Shown one piece after another: positions 48,566 to 61,370 of a stretch of 64,000 nucleotides of DNA. The position numbers and the translations under genes are program-made. The number at the start of each line of letters is the position of its first letter. Position 1 is the stretch's first letter. The DNA is taken from contig JAVECL010000062.1 in the NCBI GenBank assembly GCA_051942245.1, positions 1 through 64,000 on the forward strand, written 5' to 3'. This stretch comes from Trypethelium eluteriae. Taxonomy: Eukaryota. Below the pieces are notes generated by a model. The model was not told where the DNA came from. It saw only the letters and a program-made list of their open reading frames with translations, and searched no databases.

Positions 48566-51500
48566 ATGTCTACTCCACCCAAATCACCAACTGATAAAGA
48601 TCTTCTTTCTGACCGCGATTCTGGTATCGTCATAATAGCTCCGGAATTTGTTATGGCACAGCAGATAAACCACGATGTGGTAGACCAATCTCAGTCGATG
48701 GGCGATTCCTCGCTCGTCGACGTTAATGCGAACCAAACTATCTCCAGCATCGCCGGCCACGGCAACCCCAGCCTCGACACTCAAACCTCCGGAACAAGTG
48801 AGTCATCGGACTCTCAAGTCAATATCGTACCTTCGGAAAGCCTGCATGGACCCTCGACTGAGCCCCGTCTCAACGGAATAGTACCTCACAAAATTCGGCG
48901 CATGGAAGCTGTAAGAATGAGATCGCTTTGGCATGGATATGAATGAAGCTCATTGTCTATAGGACAATATTCCACAGCCTGACATTCCTAACGCTGGCCA
49001 AACCAACATTACCAAGCCCATCGAGCAAAACATTCTGGCAAACGGTGATACTGGGGAAGCTTTGAACGTCGATGAGGTAGCTGCGCATCCAAATGCGCTG
49101 GATGCAAGTGGCGGATCTGACACAGACACGAGCAAGGCAGATAGCACTGAGCAAAGGGAGCAGGGCGCTTTAGGGCATGTTCGATCGAACTCGGTCAAGA
49201 AGCCTCTGTCGTTCAAGACAGTGTCAGTCACGAAGAATTTCCTTGCAAAATCTGCCGTAGTTGGGCAAGCAGCTAAGACTGGCGGAGATAAATGTAAGTA
49301 CACGGGGAAAATTGCATTTGGATCTGATTAACAGGATGTAGCTTCACAAGTTGGGGCTCTAAGTGAGTCTAGACAGCAAACGCCGAGGCCGCGGCTGGTC
49401 GCCAAGTCTGGAGGCGGGCTTCGAGATTCGTTACCCAAGACCAATAAAACCAATGGCAAGGGTCCTGACCCTGCTCAGGTGTGGAACAAGAATAGGCGTA
49501 TGTCTACCTCCTTCTCGTCAGCAAACAATCGCGTAACAGGACCTAATGATGTATCAGCCACCCCACCACCCGCCCCCAAACAATTCACCGACGAGGAGCT
49601 GAAGCAGCAGTACGGTATCCATATGGCTACGCGATTGCAGGCAGACGAGAATAGCAAGGAATCGAAATGGGCGGACATTGACGACGATGAAGATGATTGG
49701 GCGCCTGAAACGGTTGAGTGGATTGATGGAACTAAGTCGATGCTAGTACCGGCTGAAAACCAAGCGACACCTGCTGAAGAATCCACACCGGTTGCAGCGC
49801 TACAAGAACCTACTAAGGAGCCATCAAAGCCTACAGATGCCTCGGCGCAGCGCTCTTCCTTGACTGGCACGGCAAAGACAATTTTGAAGCCAGGTGGAGG
49901 AAATCAACAAAAAGCAGGTTTAGTGCTGAAGGGCATACCAGAAGCGAAACCATCATTAGTTGCTAAACCGACAGCGAGTGCTCCTCAGAAGTCACCGTGG
50001 GCGCAGCTCCCACCGATTGACAAAGTATCTCCCGTACAAATAAATCCACAACCTCCTCCACAGCCCCAGCCATCGCGATTTCAACAGACGAATCCGCATG
50101 GTTTTGAGTCAATACCACTGCAGCCTTCTCCTGCTCGAGAAATCGCCGCAGATGACTTTGATAGATCCTGGCGTGAGAACGAACGTGGGCATAGAGAACT
50201 TTATGACTCCAAATCTGGCAAGTACGAACCAGTGCCAGAAGGACGGCGGGGGTCAATTAGGCATGAACAAGGCTTTCGGCAGCCAGCAGTCCTGCAAAGA
50301 CCTTCACAACCAGGCAATGCATCACCGGCGGAACCCTCACCCGCATTCCAAACTTCACGCTCAAGTGCGCAAGTTGATGGTATGACTTGGGGGCGGCGCC
50401 GAACCTCTTCAACAGTGAGCGGCGGTAGCGGACAAATTGGCCGGCGCATGTCCATGAGCCGGCCACAGGATTTCCCACCTGCTATTGATGATGCGCGACA
50501 ATCACCGTCAGTGAATGGGATAGAAAATGCGGTGGCTGGGCGACAAAGGATGGGTGGCGGTCAATGGACGCAACACTCATCACCGGCTATTGAGAAGGCC
50601 CCACTATCGTCGCCATCGGTGTCAATTGCATCACCAGAAGAAGAGAAGACGTCACAAGCAGCAATGCCAGTGAGTCCGCCTGGTGAAAACATGGCCGAGT
50701 TGCAAAAGCGGGTGATGCGTGAGAAGAGGGAGTTGGCCAGGAAACGTAGAGAGGAAGAAGAGGCGAAATTAGAGGCAGAGAAACGAGAACGATTGCAACG
50801 AAAGCTTGAATCACTCGGCCCCGCGCCTGAGAAGAAGAGGTCCCAGGAGCAAGCGCAAGACAAGCCGCAGCAACCGAGTGTTGGAGCATCTGAAACAGCT
50901 ATTGTGACCCAGCCTGACAGAACCACAATAGCAACGACCTCGACAATAGCACCCTCGCCACGCAAACCCCCTCTACCAGCCTCCTCTGGGGAGATCACAC
51001 AGTACGGGTCCATGAAAGTGCACCCGCCCCAGCCCCTTATAAATAGGACTACTTCCCGCGACGAGAGACTTCCTCCTAAACCTTCTCCCGATCATACTTC
51101 GCAACCGCAACTTCCACCTTCTAGTCAGCAACTCCTACCTTCTTCTCAATTACTTTCACCCTCAACACCATTACCGCCACAACCGGCGTCTACTTCATCA
51201 AGCAACTTTTCAGAAATCAATCTGCATCCACCTCCTGTGCCAGACTCGAGCAGAAGACCTCAATTTGTCGACTTCGATAAGTCGCGCTTCGCTCAGCCAT
51301 CACCTAGGGAACGCCATCAAGTTTCCTGGAGCCCAGCTCAATCAACTCGTGCAAGTCACAGTGTTTGGTCTCCCAGCAACATGCCTACTGTTGCACCTCG
51401 CGCCGAAGTCTGGGGAGCCCCGACCCAAGGTCGCGCCCTTGGTAACGGCACCTTCGACAATGGTTTTCAGAACAACCACGCCCGTCCTTTCACCCAATAT

Positions 51501-53198
51501 CCAGCTACCAATCAGCAACATGGTCCCGGCCCAATTGGCCCACCCAATCGAGCCTCCCCACCCGCTTCGGGTATGCCTGCAAGCCAAGTTTTTGAACAGC
51601 AGCCCAATACTCTTCACCGTGTTCCTCAGTCCAACAGCATCGCTCAAAGCAACGGCGCCATGAGTCAGCCAGCCTCAGTCTCCACTCCTGGTCCGATCGC
51701 ACCTCCTAAAGTCCAATCCTCGATTACCGACGATGATGACGACTTTCAGGAATTGCCACCTGAAGTCGTGGAGAATATGTACTTTCTGGACAGAGAGAAA
51801 TACGAGGACAAAGTCAAACGCCGCAAGTGGCTCGAGATGAGGAAGAATGGAACTCTGCCCGGACGTCCAGCGATCAAAGAGACTTTCGTCCAGCGCAGCT
51901 CTGGAAAAAAGAGTACGACTATTGATCATGCAAGGTCTCAAGGTGGAGCACCTGCGTCAGCCAAGTCTGATGAAGCGACTGCAGCACCTGCGCCAGTCAA
52001 GTCCAACAAACCGACTGTAGCAGCTCAGCAGAAAGGACTGCGCATGGAACGTGAGGCCAGCCCTCCACCTGAGGTCTCTACAGCACCACCTGCTTTCACT
52101 GGCCAGCTGCCAAAGCCTCTTCCGGGTTTGGGACCGAAAGTCAGTATGCCATCGACCTCGCCCACTTTCGCTGCCGAGCAGGCAATTCAGCAAATGCCCC
52201 AACAGCTTATTGGCAATACTCGCATGTCACGCTTCTTTCCTTCCATGGTTCTCGATGATGCTCCGGCACCAGATTCTATTGATCATCCGGCATACGACGG
52301 CGACATCAAGAAGCCGCGCGTCAACCTTCCCAAGACCATCGTAGTCAAGTTGCCACCTACGAAAGCACCAGAGCCCGCCCCAACCAAAGAGCAGGCAGCC
52401 CCAGCTGTCCAGATGCCGGTACATATGCCGCCAGCAGGAGCAGTTGCACTCGTCGATACCACTGATTGGCAAGACCGTATCAACAAGCTTTGCGGAAACA
52501 AGCAGACTACAACTACTTCACCTCAGCCTGCGAATACCTCATCGGCCCAGCCTGTGGCTCTTCCGTCAGCTCGGCCTGCGGTTACTCCGTCAGCTCAGCG
52601 CGCTTCTGTGGTAGCTCCCGATGCTTCCACCAAAGAACCACTCAGTCAGATGAACCAGCAACGCGCTGTCTCAGTCTCTCTTCCGGGCGTCGAGCCTGTC
52701 AGCTCTACTGTCAATGACAAATCGGCCGTGACTTCGAAGTCCCCTGTGGACAATCTCATGGAAGAGCGTGAATTTGGATCCTTGCCGACCGTCCAGATTC
52801 CCAAAACGACAGGCGCAGTTCAGGTTGAAGACCCGAAGCCGATGAACCTACTCAGCCTCTGGCGCAACACCAAAGTCAATCAGCCACGTGCCGTCGATCC
52901 CGAGAGCGTCGGTATGCAAATTCTCCATGCTGTTGAAAAACAAATTTATGATGCAAAGCTTGGCTTGGTCCTGTACGTTAAGCTGCCTGGCGATGAGAAG
53001 AGTACTCCCGTGCTTTGGCGCGACGGCACGCTTAAGCGAGTCGAGAAGCCGGAAGATCTCAAGCCTACAACCCTCGTGTATGGAAAACCAAAGGTAGCTC
53101 CTCGAGGTGCTGGTGGTGCCAAGGGTTCATCAAAGACCCCGACTGCACAGAGGAAATCCCAGTGGGCCAGACCACCAAAGGCTACTCCACGCAATTAG
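48566..53198 (+). CDS. Large Pro/Ser/Gln-rich conserved fungal protein, possibly PRRC2/BAT2-like, 4 exons
   Basis: Conserved-looking islands FKTVSVTKNFL, VWNKNR, FTDEELKQQYGIHMATRL, KWADIDDDEDDW and a coiled coil RELARKRREEEEAKLEAEKRERLQRKLESL. Start is 48566 or 48653. Confidence 0.7.
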
Positions 53199-54909
53199 AC
53201 GACCACATAACGACAATGTGCAATCGACAAGGCTTTCAGCAAAGTGCCCATCATCAACATCATCACTCTGAGTAGCCATGACAATGGAAGCTGAACTGTC
53301 TTTTTTTCTTTATCGACACTGCATTGTACGATTTGCTATTCTCTCTTCACTGGATTTTCGATATTGCAGACACATGCACAACACCATCGAGCGACGATGA
53401 CCGGTTTCACCTTATTCACCTATTGCTTGCACTGGTTTCCTGACAAGTACACACAATTACATGGGCGTTGAGTAGCTCAACGGTCGACACTGATTTTTCC
53501 TCCTCTTTTCATTGGCAAATCGCCAAGCGCTCACGCGCACAAACACAAGGATCACAAATCAAATTCTTTTCAGAACGCACTCTTGGCGCTCTTGTCGGAT
53601 AACATCTCCTACTACACGAACACTCATATGCAGGCTGCGCGAAGGTTGCACTGGCGCCTTCGTCGAATTCGCAGCCATATCGACTACCCCTCTTGGACGG
53701 CACTGCTTGAGGCCATTCACTAATGGCATGGTCTGATCATTGAACGAGCAACCATCGAGATGGCTGCTGTTCCGATGATGTAGCTGGTACCAGATATCGG
53801 AAGGATGCTGGAGGACGGTGATGTCTTTGGGACTACTGGTTCACTTGCTTTACATGAACTCTCTGTGCTCTGATAATTAGGTACTACAATGATACTGAAA
53901 CTTGCTCGCTTCCTTCCCTTGTCAGTGAGACCTTATGCAAAAGACTTTTATCGCCTTTTCCAGAGTTGTCTGGCTTGCTCGACTGGTACGGTGGCTACGA
54001 TGGCACGTGATCAAAATGATCCTAGACCGTCCCGTCAGAAAATGATCTACAACTCTCAGAGAGTGCGGAAACTTGTTATTTCCTAGAATCTCAGCCTGTA
54101 CCTTATTGCAATCTACTTCGCTCGTGCATGCTGTGTATCGAGCTTGACGATATTGCGACCTTTTTCGACTGGCACGTCTTCATAATCAACATGTATGTAT
54201 ATTTACAGCGCGCAAACTCAACGAATAATGCCTGCTCAAGACTCGAGTCCTACTAAATTATGATGAGCATGACAGCTACTGGCTCAAGCTTCACCCAGCT
54301 ACAACTTAGGTTCTTTGACCACGGCTTAGAATGCTCATGGAGAAGCTTAGGCTACTTGCATGGTTGGCTATCCTTATTTCGAATGCTTCTGGTAGCCCGT
54401 GCTCAGCAGAATGCGGTACTTAGATTACGGAGTGCATTTAGGTACCGATTTCTTCTCTGCTCGTGAGCTGAAATCCACAAATATAGCTGACACTGCATAT
54501 ATCAGGCTAGTGAAGTGCCAATTACAGTGATTGGTTGATTGGTGGGCTCGTTAAAAAATCTTGGAATTTACGTAGGCTCTCCACATTTCATGGGCAATCT
54601 CATTCTCCTTTTGACCTACGACTCAGCTCTACCACCAAATCGATTTTCGTTACGCATATGAGCCGCCCGAGGTAGAAGAATTTACAAGATTCTCAACACT
54701 ACTTTGAGAAGTAGCGATGTCGCGTTGTTCTCCACTTCCATGTTCTGCAACCCGACGTGCAGCTCTCTCAGCCAAGTACAGGGAGGCTCGGGCAGTGGAC
54801 TTTGCGAGCTTTGCAATCACTTCTCCGTTTGGCGGCTGACTTTTAAGAAGAGGCCTGCCTCTTTCCGCCTCATCATTAACCAAGAGATTTTGACTGTTCT
54901 AGTAAACGG

Positions 54910-57540
54910 ATGGAACCACTCACAATCCTTGAGGGAGTCTCATCGTCAGTGGGCCTTCTTGGTACAGCCCTACAGTCCACCATCAGGCTGTATCAACTCT
55001 TCGATAACGTGCAAGGCGCACCCCAGGAAGTTCAACAATATGTCACAAGTAAATGTTCCTCGTCTAAATCTTAGATCGTTGAAATGCTCACGTTCTGGCA
55101 GTCCTTAACAATCTAATATCGATCCTGCACTATCTGCATTTTACCCTCGTAATCGATGGTCAGGCTGATCAACACCATGATGCACACGGAGATCTGCTCC
55201 TTCTCGCCTCGTCTCTGCGAGGCCTTCGCACTGATCTCGATCAGATCAGAGCAATCCTCCCTCTAGACACAAAAACTCGTTTGTGATCAAGGGTCAAATG
55301 GACATTGGATCAGAAGACTGTACGCAGTCTTATGAGGAAGGTCGAGAGCTGGAAAGAAAGCCTACAGACTGCAATGTTTGTAGTCATGCTGTATGTTTTT
55401 CAAAGATTCTCACTGGTATGGCTGACATGTGATCGTGCCTAGTCGCCGTCAGCACGTGCAAGGGAGACAATTAGAAGCTTTGGGAATTGACTCTTCACAA
55501 ATTCAATCCATCACTAACGAAGGAAGTATCAATCGACTTCCGGTACCCCCCATCCAACCAACGAGCCTCGCATCAAGATCTGAGGCTATCGGCACCGAAC
55601 CATCGAACCTGCTAAGTTCCCAGCTGCCGGCATCTGCATTCGCTGACGCTCACCAAAGTTCGAGCCAGGGTCTTTCCGGAGCTGCGGTCTCAGAGAATCA
55701 ACAACTCTCCTCAAAACTCGACAAAATCTTGGAGCTTGTCGGTTGGACAGCAACGACATCAGCAGCGACTTCTTCCCGCGTTACTCTCAACGACCACTCC
55801 GAGCGGAAAATTTCACACGTCATTAGGTGGGAGCTTCAACGCTTGCTACATCCTGTCACGGAAGCAATCACGGAATCTCAAGATCGTCGTGAACGGCTCA
55901 ATTTACAGTTGCAGAGTATTGTAGATCACCTCAGTGCGGGACTTGTACAATATCCAGGCTTTCTTGAAGCGTCCGACAGCAGACTTACTCCGAAATATTC
56001 CGGTCCGGCTGGTCTGAAGCCTGTTGATAGGTGCATTCACCTTGAAGCGACCCCCAACGATTACTCGACAACAGATCCGCAACATCTGCCACTCTCAGAT
56101 GCCAATAACTCTGACATCGTTGCATCACACTGGCCCGCATCTAGAATTGAAACAGAGTCCATTTGGATGTACCATCGAAAGTGGCCTTGGCTGGGAAAGA
56201 TCCTTGTAAAGCTTGAGACATGCATCAGATATGTCGGAAAGCGGCACACAAGACACAAGGTCGTGTCGATTGACTTCTGGCCTTCATGTCCATTGCTACG
56301 TAGGAATTGCGTCTCCCTGCTCTACTCGACTTTGCATGTCGCTGAGGGATACTATCAGCTCTGTCCTTTCGTTACGACGTACCCAATCATCTCAGACAAC
56401 GCTGAAGTTTGGGATTGCATTCGGGACAATAATGTCGAAGGCCTTCGCTCTCTCCTAGACAATGGTCTAGCAGGTCCAAATGATCAAGGTCCAAGGGGGG
56501 AATACACTTTTACACGTGAGCCATCTGTCTTATCCGACTCTAACTCCAGTGGGCTGATTGGAAGGCCAGGCTGCAGCATTTTTATGCCGTCCAGAAATTT
56601 GTCATATTCTCATCAACAGTGGTGCGAACACCTCAAGAACGAATGAGTAAGTATTCTGAGATATATCGAGGAAATTGCCCACTGATGTAATAGCGCCGGC
56701 GTTTCCATCATAGACCATTGGGTTGGGTTCCCATACCTCTATGCTCATTTCCGTTCGGATTCTGACGATTCCCCCGTGGTCAATATCGACCAGGCATCAA
56801 ATCTGCTTAAGACACTCCTACCGGCCGGCGCAAGCTCCAGTGACACGAGTCTACTTGATTTTTACTCAGCTTACTACATGGATAGCGTGTACAATGATGT
56901 ATGGTCAACTCACTCGGAGCTCATGATAGAATGGTTCGGCACGTTGCACCGAAATGCGTTCCCATTTCCGGATCATATTAACCCGAACGATGCGCTGAGA
57001 AAGTTTTCTCACAGACCACACTTAGTACGACTTCTTGCTGTTGTTGGATTCGCTCCAAATCGCATTTATTCTAGCATATACTCTTGGGAGTCACCTCTTC
57101 TAGCACTTTTGCGCGGCATATTTCTGTATCATGATGACGCGGTCGAGGAACTTTCCAAGCTGGAGTATTGCATCGATAACTTAACGACACTGATACAGCT
57201 GGGAGCGGATATTCATCATATTTTTATACCACCCAGGTGGATGTTCGATAAATCCATGTTTGAAGGACCGTTCTTTATCACTCACGTTACAACGCCAGCA
57301 ATCTATGCGATAACTCATGGGATTGACGAAGTATTTGAAACAGCACTCCGAAGGTGCGGCAACAACCCTGCAGACGTCTATGCCGAGGATGGGCGCCGCT
57401 GTCGCGAGTTTCTGCGTCTACAGGGTGCCAAGTCTAGCGCAGTGCAGATTGAAGAGGATATCGGTGGCCAACGGTCTGGTCAATTGAGGGTGCGCAAGCC
57501 CTATGCAGATGACAGTCAGAAGTCTCAAGAGATCGGATGA
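54910..57540 (+). pseudogene. HeLo-like N-terminal domain plus ankyrin-repeat protein, inactivated
   Basis: MEPLTILEGVSSSVGLLGTALQSTIRLYQLFDNVQGAPQEV...RL*SRVKW, with TGA at 55284-55286. An extra G in the run at 56495-56500 breaks the ankyrin motif GNTLLH|AAAFLCRPEICHILINSGAN. 5 exons. Confidence 0.75.
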
Positions 57541-57722
57541 TGAGTAGGAATTCAGTTTCGATCAAATTGATCATGGTCTATTTAAGGCTTCAGTGGGAGA
57601 GCGCCCGAGACTGCAAGACACTTAGATCGACTTCCAATATTCCATGGCAAATCACAGCTCAAATCCGTTATCTTCTCGCCAGTCAACTTCATTGGTGGGA
57701 CAGACGGGGGTGGGCATATGCA

Positions 57723-57905
57723 TACCTTACCGCGGAGGGGGCTTCATCAACTGGTAATCAATACAATGTTATCTCAGTTTAACTGATATGACCATGTTGG
57801 CCCGTATTAAGTCGGCGTTGACGTGGGTCAACAAGGTCACAACAGTAAAGTTGAAATAACATTGTATTGATTACTAGTTGAGGAACCCCCCTCCGCGGTA
57901 AGGTA
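57723..57905. mobile_element. Palindromic MITE, copy 2 (inverted relative to copies 1 and 3)
   Basis: TA-CCTTACCGCGGAGGGGG...CAACTGGTAATCAATACAATGTTAT...ATAACATTGTATTGATTACTAGTTGAGGAACCCCCCTCCGCGGTAAGG-TA. Confidence 0.88.
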
Positions 57906-59249
57906 AGTAGGAATTGTCGTGGCCGAAATTGACGTCGGAGGACCTTCTAACTCCTATTCTACATAGGGATAATAGGGCTGTCGTAATTTTAGACAACTCT
58001 TTTGCGTGGACCTTCAATTGTTCTCCCACTTCTAATAGGCTTGATGCCCAGTGAAAAGCCAAATTTTCCGAAGCTTTCACCGGAGATGCACTAAGCCCAG
58101 AAAGGTAGAAGTAATAGCGGAATTGGTGTTTGGCTCAAATCTGATGGGACTTGGAGACGTCAATAGTTTTGGGCTATCCATATTGGCAGCACTGGACTGT
58201 GGTCATTACAGAATCAGCCAGATATTTACATATCGGTATGTAATTATGGCTGGGATACGTCATCGCCAATGCATGCGTACGGAACTGTCACATTCCGTGC
58301 ATCCGAGAAAGACTGGTGTCAATTTCGCAGAGCTCCCTCGAAGTGGGCTTTTGTTTGATGATGAGTGTGAGTAGGGAAGCTGTTGAATATGACAAATTTA
58401 GAGTAGATACGGTAATATACCGTAGGTGTAAAATAGTCTCAACCGTCAGGAAGGGATCTCCGGCTCTTCCGCATCTGAGTTCTACGCATCCCCCTTGCAG
58501 AATACTGCATGGCTTTGCCAGAGCTATCAGCAAACTGACATAGCTTTGTACAGATCATCTGCGTTTTACGGGAGCTAAAAGGGATAAGGAAGTCTATCAA
58601 ACGTCACAGATAGCGAACAATGGAACAAGAAAACAGTGTACCTTCGACTGTTGAGGATGATAATGAGTAAATGGTAGTATTGAGTTCAGACTATGTAATA
58701 ACCACACCTTTCGATGCAGCATGCGTAGGTTAGGCATGAGGCCTCTGGAGATGTTTCTGAAGAAATATGTGCCACCGGTTCGGGGGGCTGTTCGAGGTGG
58801 TAGGGGACTCGCCACCTATCCCTTCTTTGCTCATGGTTTTCGACTTTCTCACTATGCCGTCACCCTGAGAAGCCGACTTTGACATTAGTGAGGCACTCGG
58901 CTTGATGTAAAGCGGAATTCATTTCCATCACCTGGTTCACTCGCAGAGCTACCGAATTCCATTAAGATAGTGGATCCCGCAATAGGCGGAGATCCTGTGG
59001 GATCGATGCATCTCAGTGGACGAGGATATTCCGGGAGTTGGTCTTAAGATTCATCAGCGGGTTTATTCTACAGTCGGGTTCCTTCAAAATGCAGTCTCCC
59101 ACACTCAGGTCGAGTAAGCTATCAGTGAATAGATAGCACACCGCATCAAGTAGCGCTGGCCTGAATAATTGGATGTGTACGTTACATTGGCTCAGAGACA
59201 CGAAAAGTACCTGTGATTCTCAGGATGCAAGGTTGTACGCGGAGCCCAT
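57906..59249 (-). pseudogene. Possible decayed gene relic, unidentified
   Basis: TATATATA at ~59313-59320, ATG at 59249 with an early stop, GT-AG intron-like segments, and same-frame ORF pieces 58288-58533 and 57874-58080 separated by a few stops. Confidence 0.25.
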
Positions 59250-60005
59250 TTGCAAAGGGTGATGATGAAAAAGTGGTGAAAGCTTGATGATAAAGCTATG
59301 GAGGTGAGGATCTATATATACCCTAGCAAATCAACCCCTATTTCGTCGTCACGTGATAGGATTGTCCTGCTTCATTTAACATGAAGCATTCTAGTACGCC
59401 ACAAACATCATCAAAGGGTCCATTCTTAGGTGATGAATGCGCTGACGCTGCGATCGGTACATGTAAGTAAGGTAGGTAATCATCAACAGGGGCCTTGGCG
59501 GGGCGGGCTATGTCAGCGCGGCGCTTGCAAGGTGGCTCAATAACCTTGTCTCAACGTCTTCGCAAGGCTGAAACTGCATATTCTCGTTACGGAGTACGTC
59601 CTGACGATTCAAAAATGTACGTGTATTTGGATATGTGGCTGATCATGAAGGTACGCATCGCTAATTATGGCTTTCCTCCCACGCGTCTAGGGTGTTCTAC
59701 ACCTATTCCAAACCGCAAGCGACCGGCGAACTGACCTGTTGTTAACGCAGCTATCCCAGCTCTCCTTCTACCAAGATCCATCCAATATCCTGCAAGGAAT
59801 GAGCCACCACCATGGTCGTACAACCGAAGAAAAGGAAAGGAAAATTGCTGCGAGCGAAATCCTAAGATGGACTTCAGAGCCGCTGTCGACCCAGATCCAG
59901 ACCAAAAGTTGAAGAAATGGGCTCATTGTTTGGATACTCTGCCGCGCGCCCTTCCCGATGACTGGGTAGTACTTTTACGTCGGACCTGGGAGTATCCGCT
60001 CTCAT

Positions 60006-60872
60006 CTATCGTAATTTCGCTGCGTAGAGTCGAAGGTGCTCCGTTTTAGCCTTCTCCAACGAAATGTCATCAAGTTGACCACATCGAACAAACTTGTACT
60101 CTTTTTGTCGATCGATATTCTCAGAATTGAGCAGGTCGATCCAGCAATGTTCCACCATATCCTGCGACTTGTTCATGACAACGTGGAACAAGTCAGAATC
60201 CGTATTTGGCGCCCGGCGGGATGCACCAGGAACATACTTCTCCACCTTGAGCTTTGCGTGGCCCTTCTCGAAATCGAAATCCACCTCCTCAGGATCTCGA
60301 TGCACGATTCTGAGACAAGTCATGTTGGTGCCTTGAACGCCAATGACCAAAAATGTGATAAGGTGCACATCTTCGTTCACGGGATGCCAGATTCTAACAA
60401 AGTCGCCTTTTTGGAAATGATACTTGTTGCTATCGTTATAATGTTCTTCCCTCGGTTCGCATGGCCTTTCTTCTACCCTGTTCCTATTCCTCGCGGAAGG
60501 GTGGAGCTCTGGTCGGGTTTGGAATGAAACGGGAACAGGATGGAGAGCTAGCTCATTGAAGCTTTGATCAAGCGCAGGCATACTCTCATTCGGTGGGCTA
60601 AGATTGGACCCTTCATCCAAAGCTTAGCACACTGGGTCCTCGGCTCGGAGAGAAGAAAATGGATGTTGAAACCTACCGCTTCCTCCGTCGTAGTCCCGGT
60701 CGTCCGCGGCGTCGCTTTTGCTAACTTTAGTGGCCATGCTCGGCGGCAGCGAATAGGCTTGATTGACGGGCGATGGCGAATGGACTTGGCCTACAAGGGC
60801 GCGTGCGTTGCCTCCTATACTTCCGACGTTGTGTGACTCTCCGATGAATATATATTGATTATTACCGGTCAT
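60006..60872 (-). CDS. 266-aa protein: N-terminal single HET-s-type amyloid repeat plus C-terminal PemK/MazF-like (DUF6590-like) domain, 2 exons
   Basis: Exon 1 is 60872-60677. The intron 60676-60611 has a GTAGGT donor, GCTAAG branch site and AAG acceptor, and joins in frame to the 60006-60620 ORF. N-terminus is MTGNNQYIFIGESHNVGSIGGNARALVGQV. The domain call rests on pattern only. Confidence 0.7.
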
Positions 60873-61370
60873 ATGGCGCTGATGCCGCGCAATTTGGTGC
60901 GCTTTCAGCGCAACTGCACAGGTACAGTCGACGCCTAGCAAAGTGGCATTACCGGGATCTCAGCGGTGCCGAGCGCGTACTGGCATATCACATTCGAAGG
61001 TTGGCTGTTGTGCTTTTTCAATGTACGACGACAGAGCTCGGCGAGGCAGCAGTTTTGGTCTTCGCGGTACTACAGCTGGTTTTATCAGGAAGGGCGGCCG
61101 AGCTCACCGACTAGGGTACAGGGGTCCTCACGAGGAAAGATGCGCAGGCCCGCGATAGCCGGAAAATCGCGTGCATTTTCGACTGCTCTCTTCAACTTGG
61201 TGCATATGCTTGGGGACGCTTGATATGTGCTGGCCTACTTGTCTCGATGGCTGTGTTTGGCCAAAGCCAGGACGCTGTAGGTACATGAAGGCTAGCCTTG
61301 CCCTGTTTACGGCCGCCATGTCCCGAAGCCCCCCTCTCAAGTCTTTTGCTTCAAGTTTGAGGCTATTGCA

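Noticed and set aside
60006..60620. ORF-track start at TTG 60620 as a standalone 204-aa gene
   Set aside because: The TTG lies inside a well-formed intron; splicing joins the ORF to an ATG exon at 60872.
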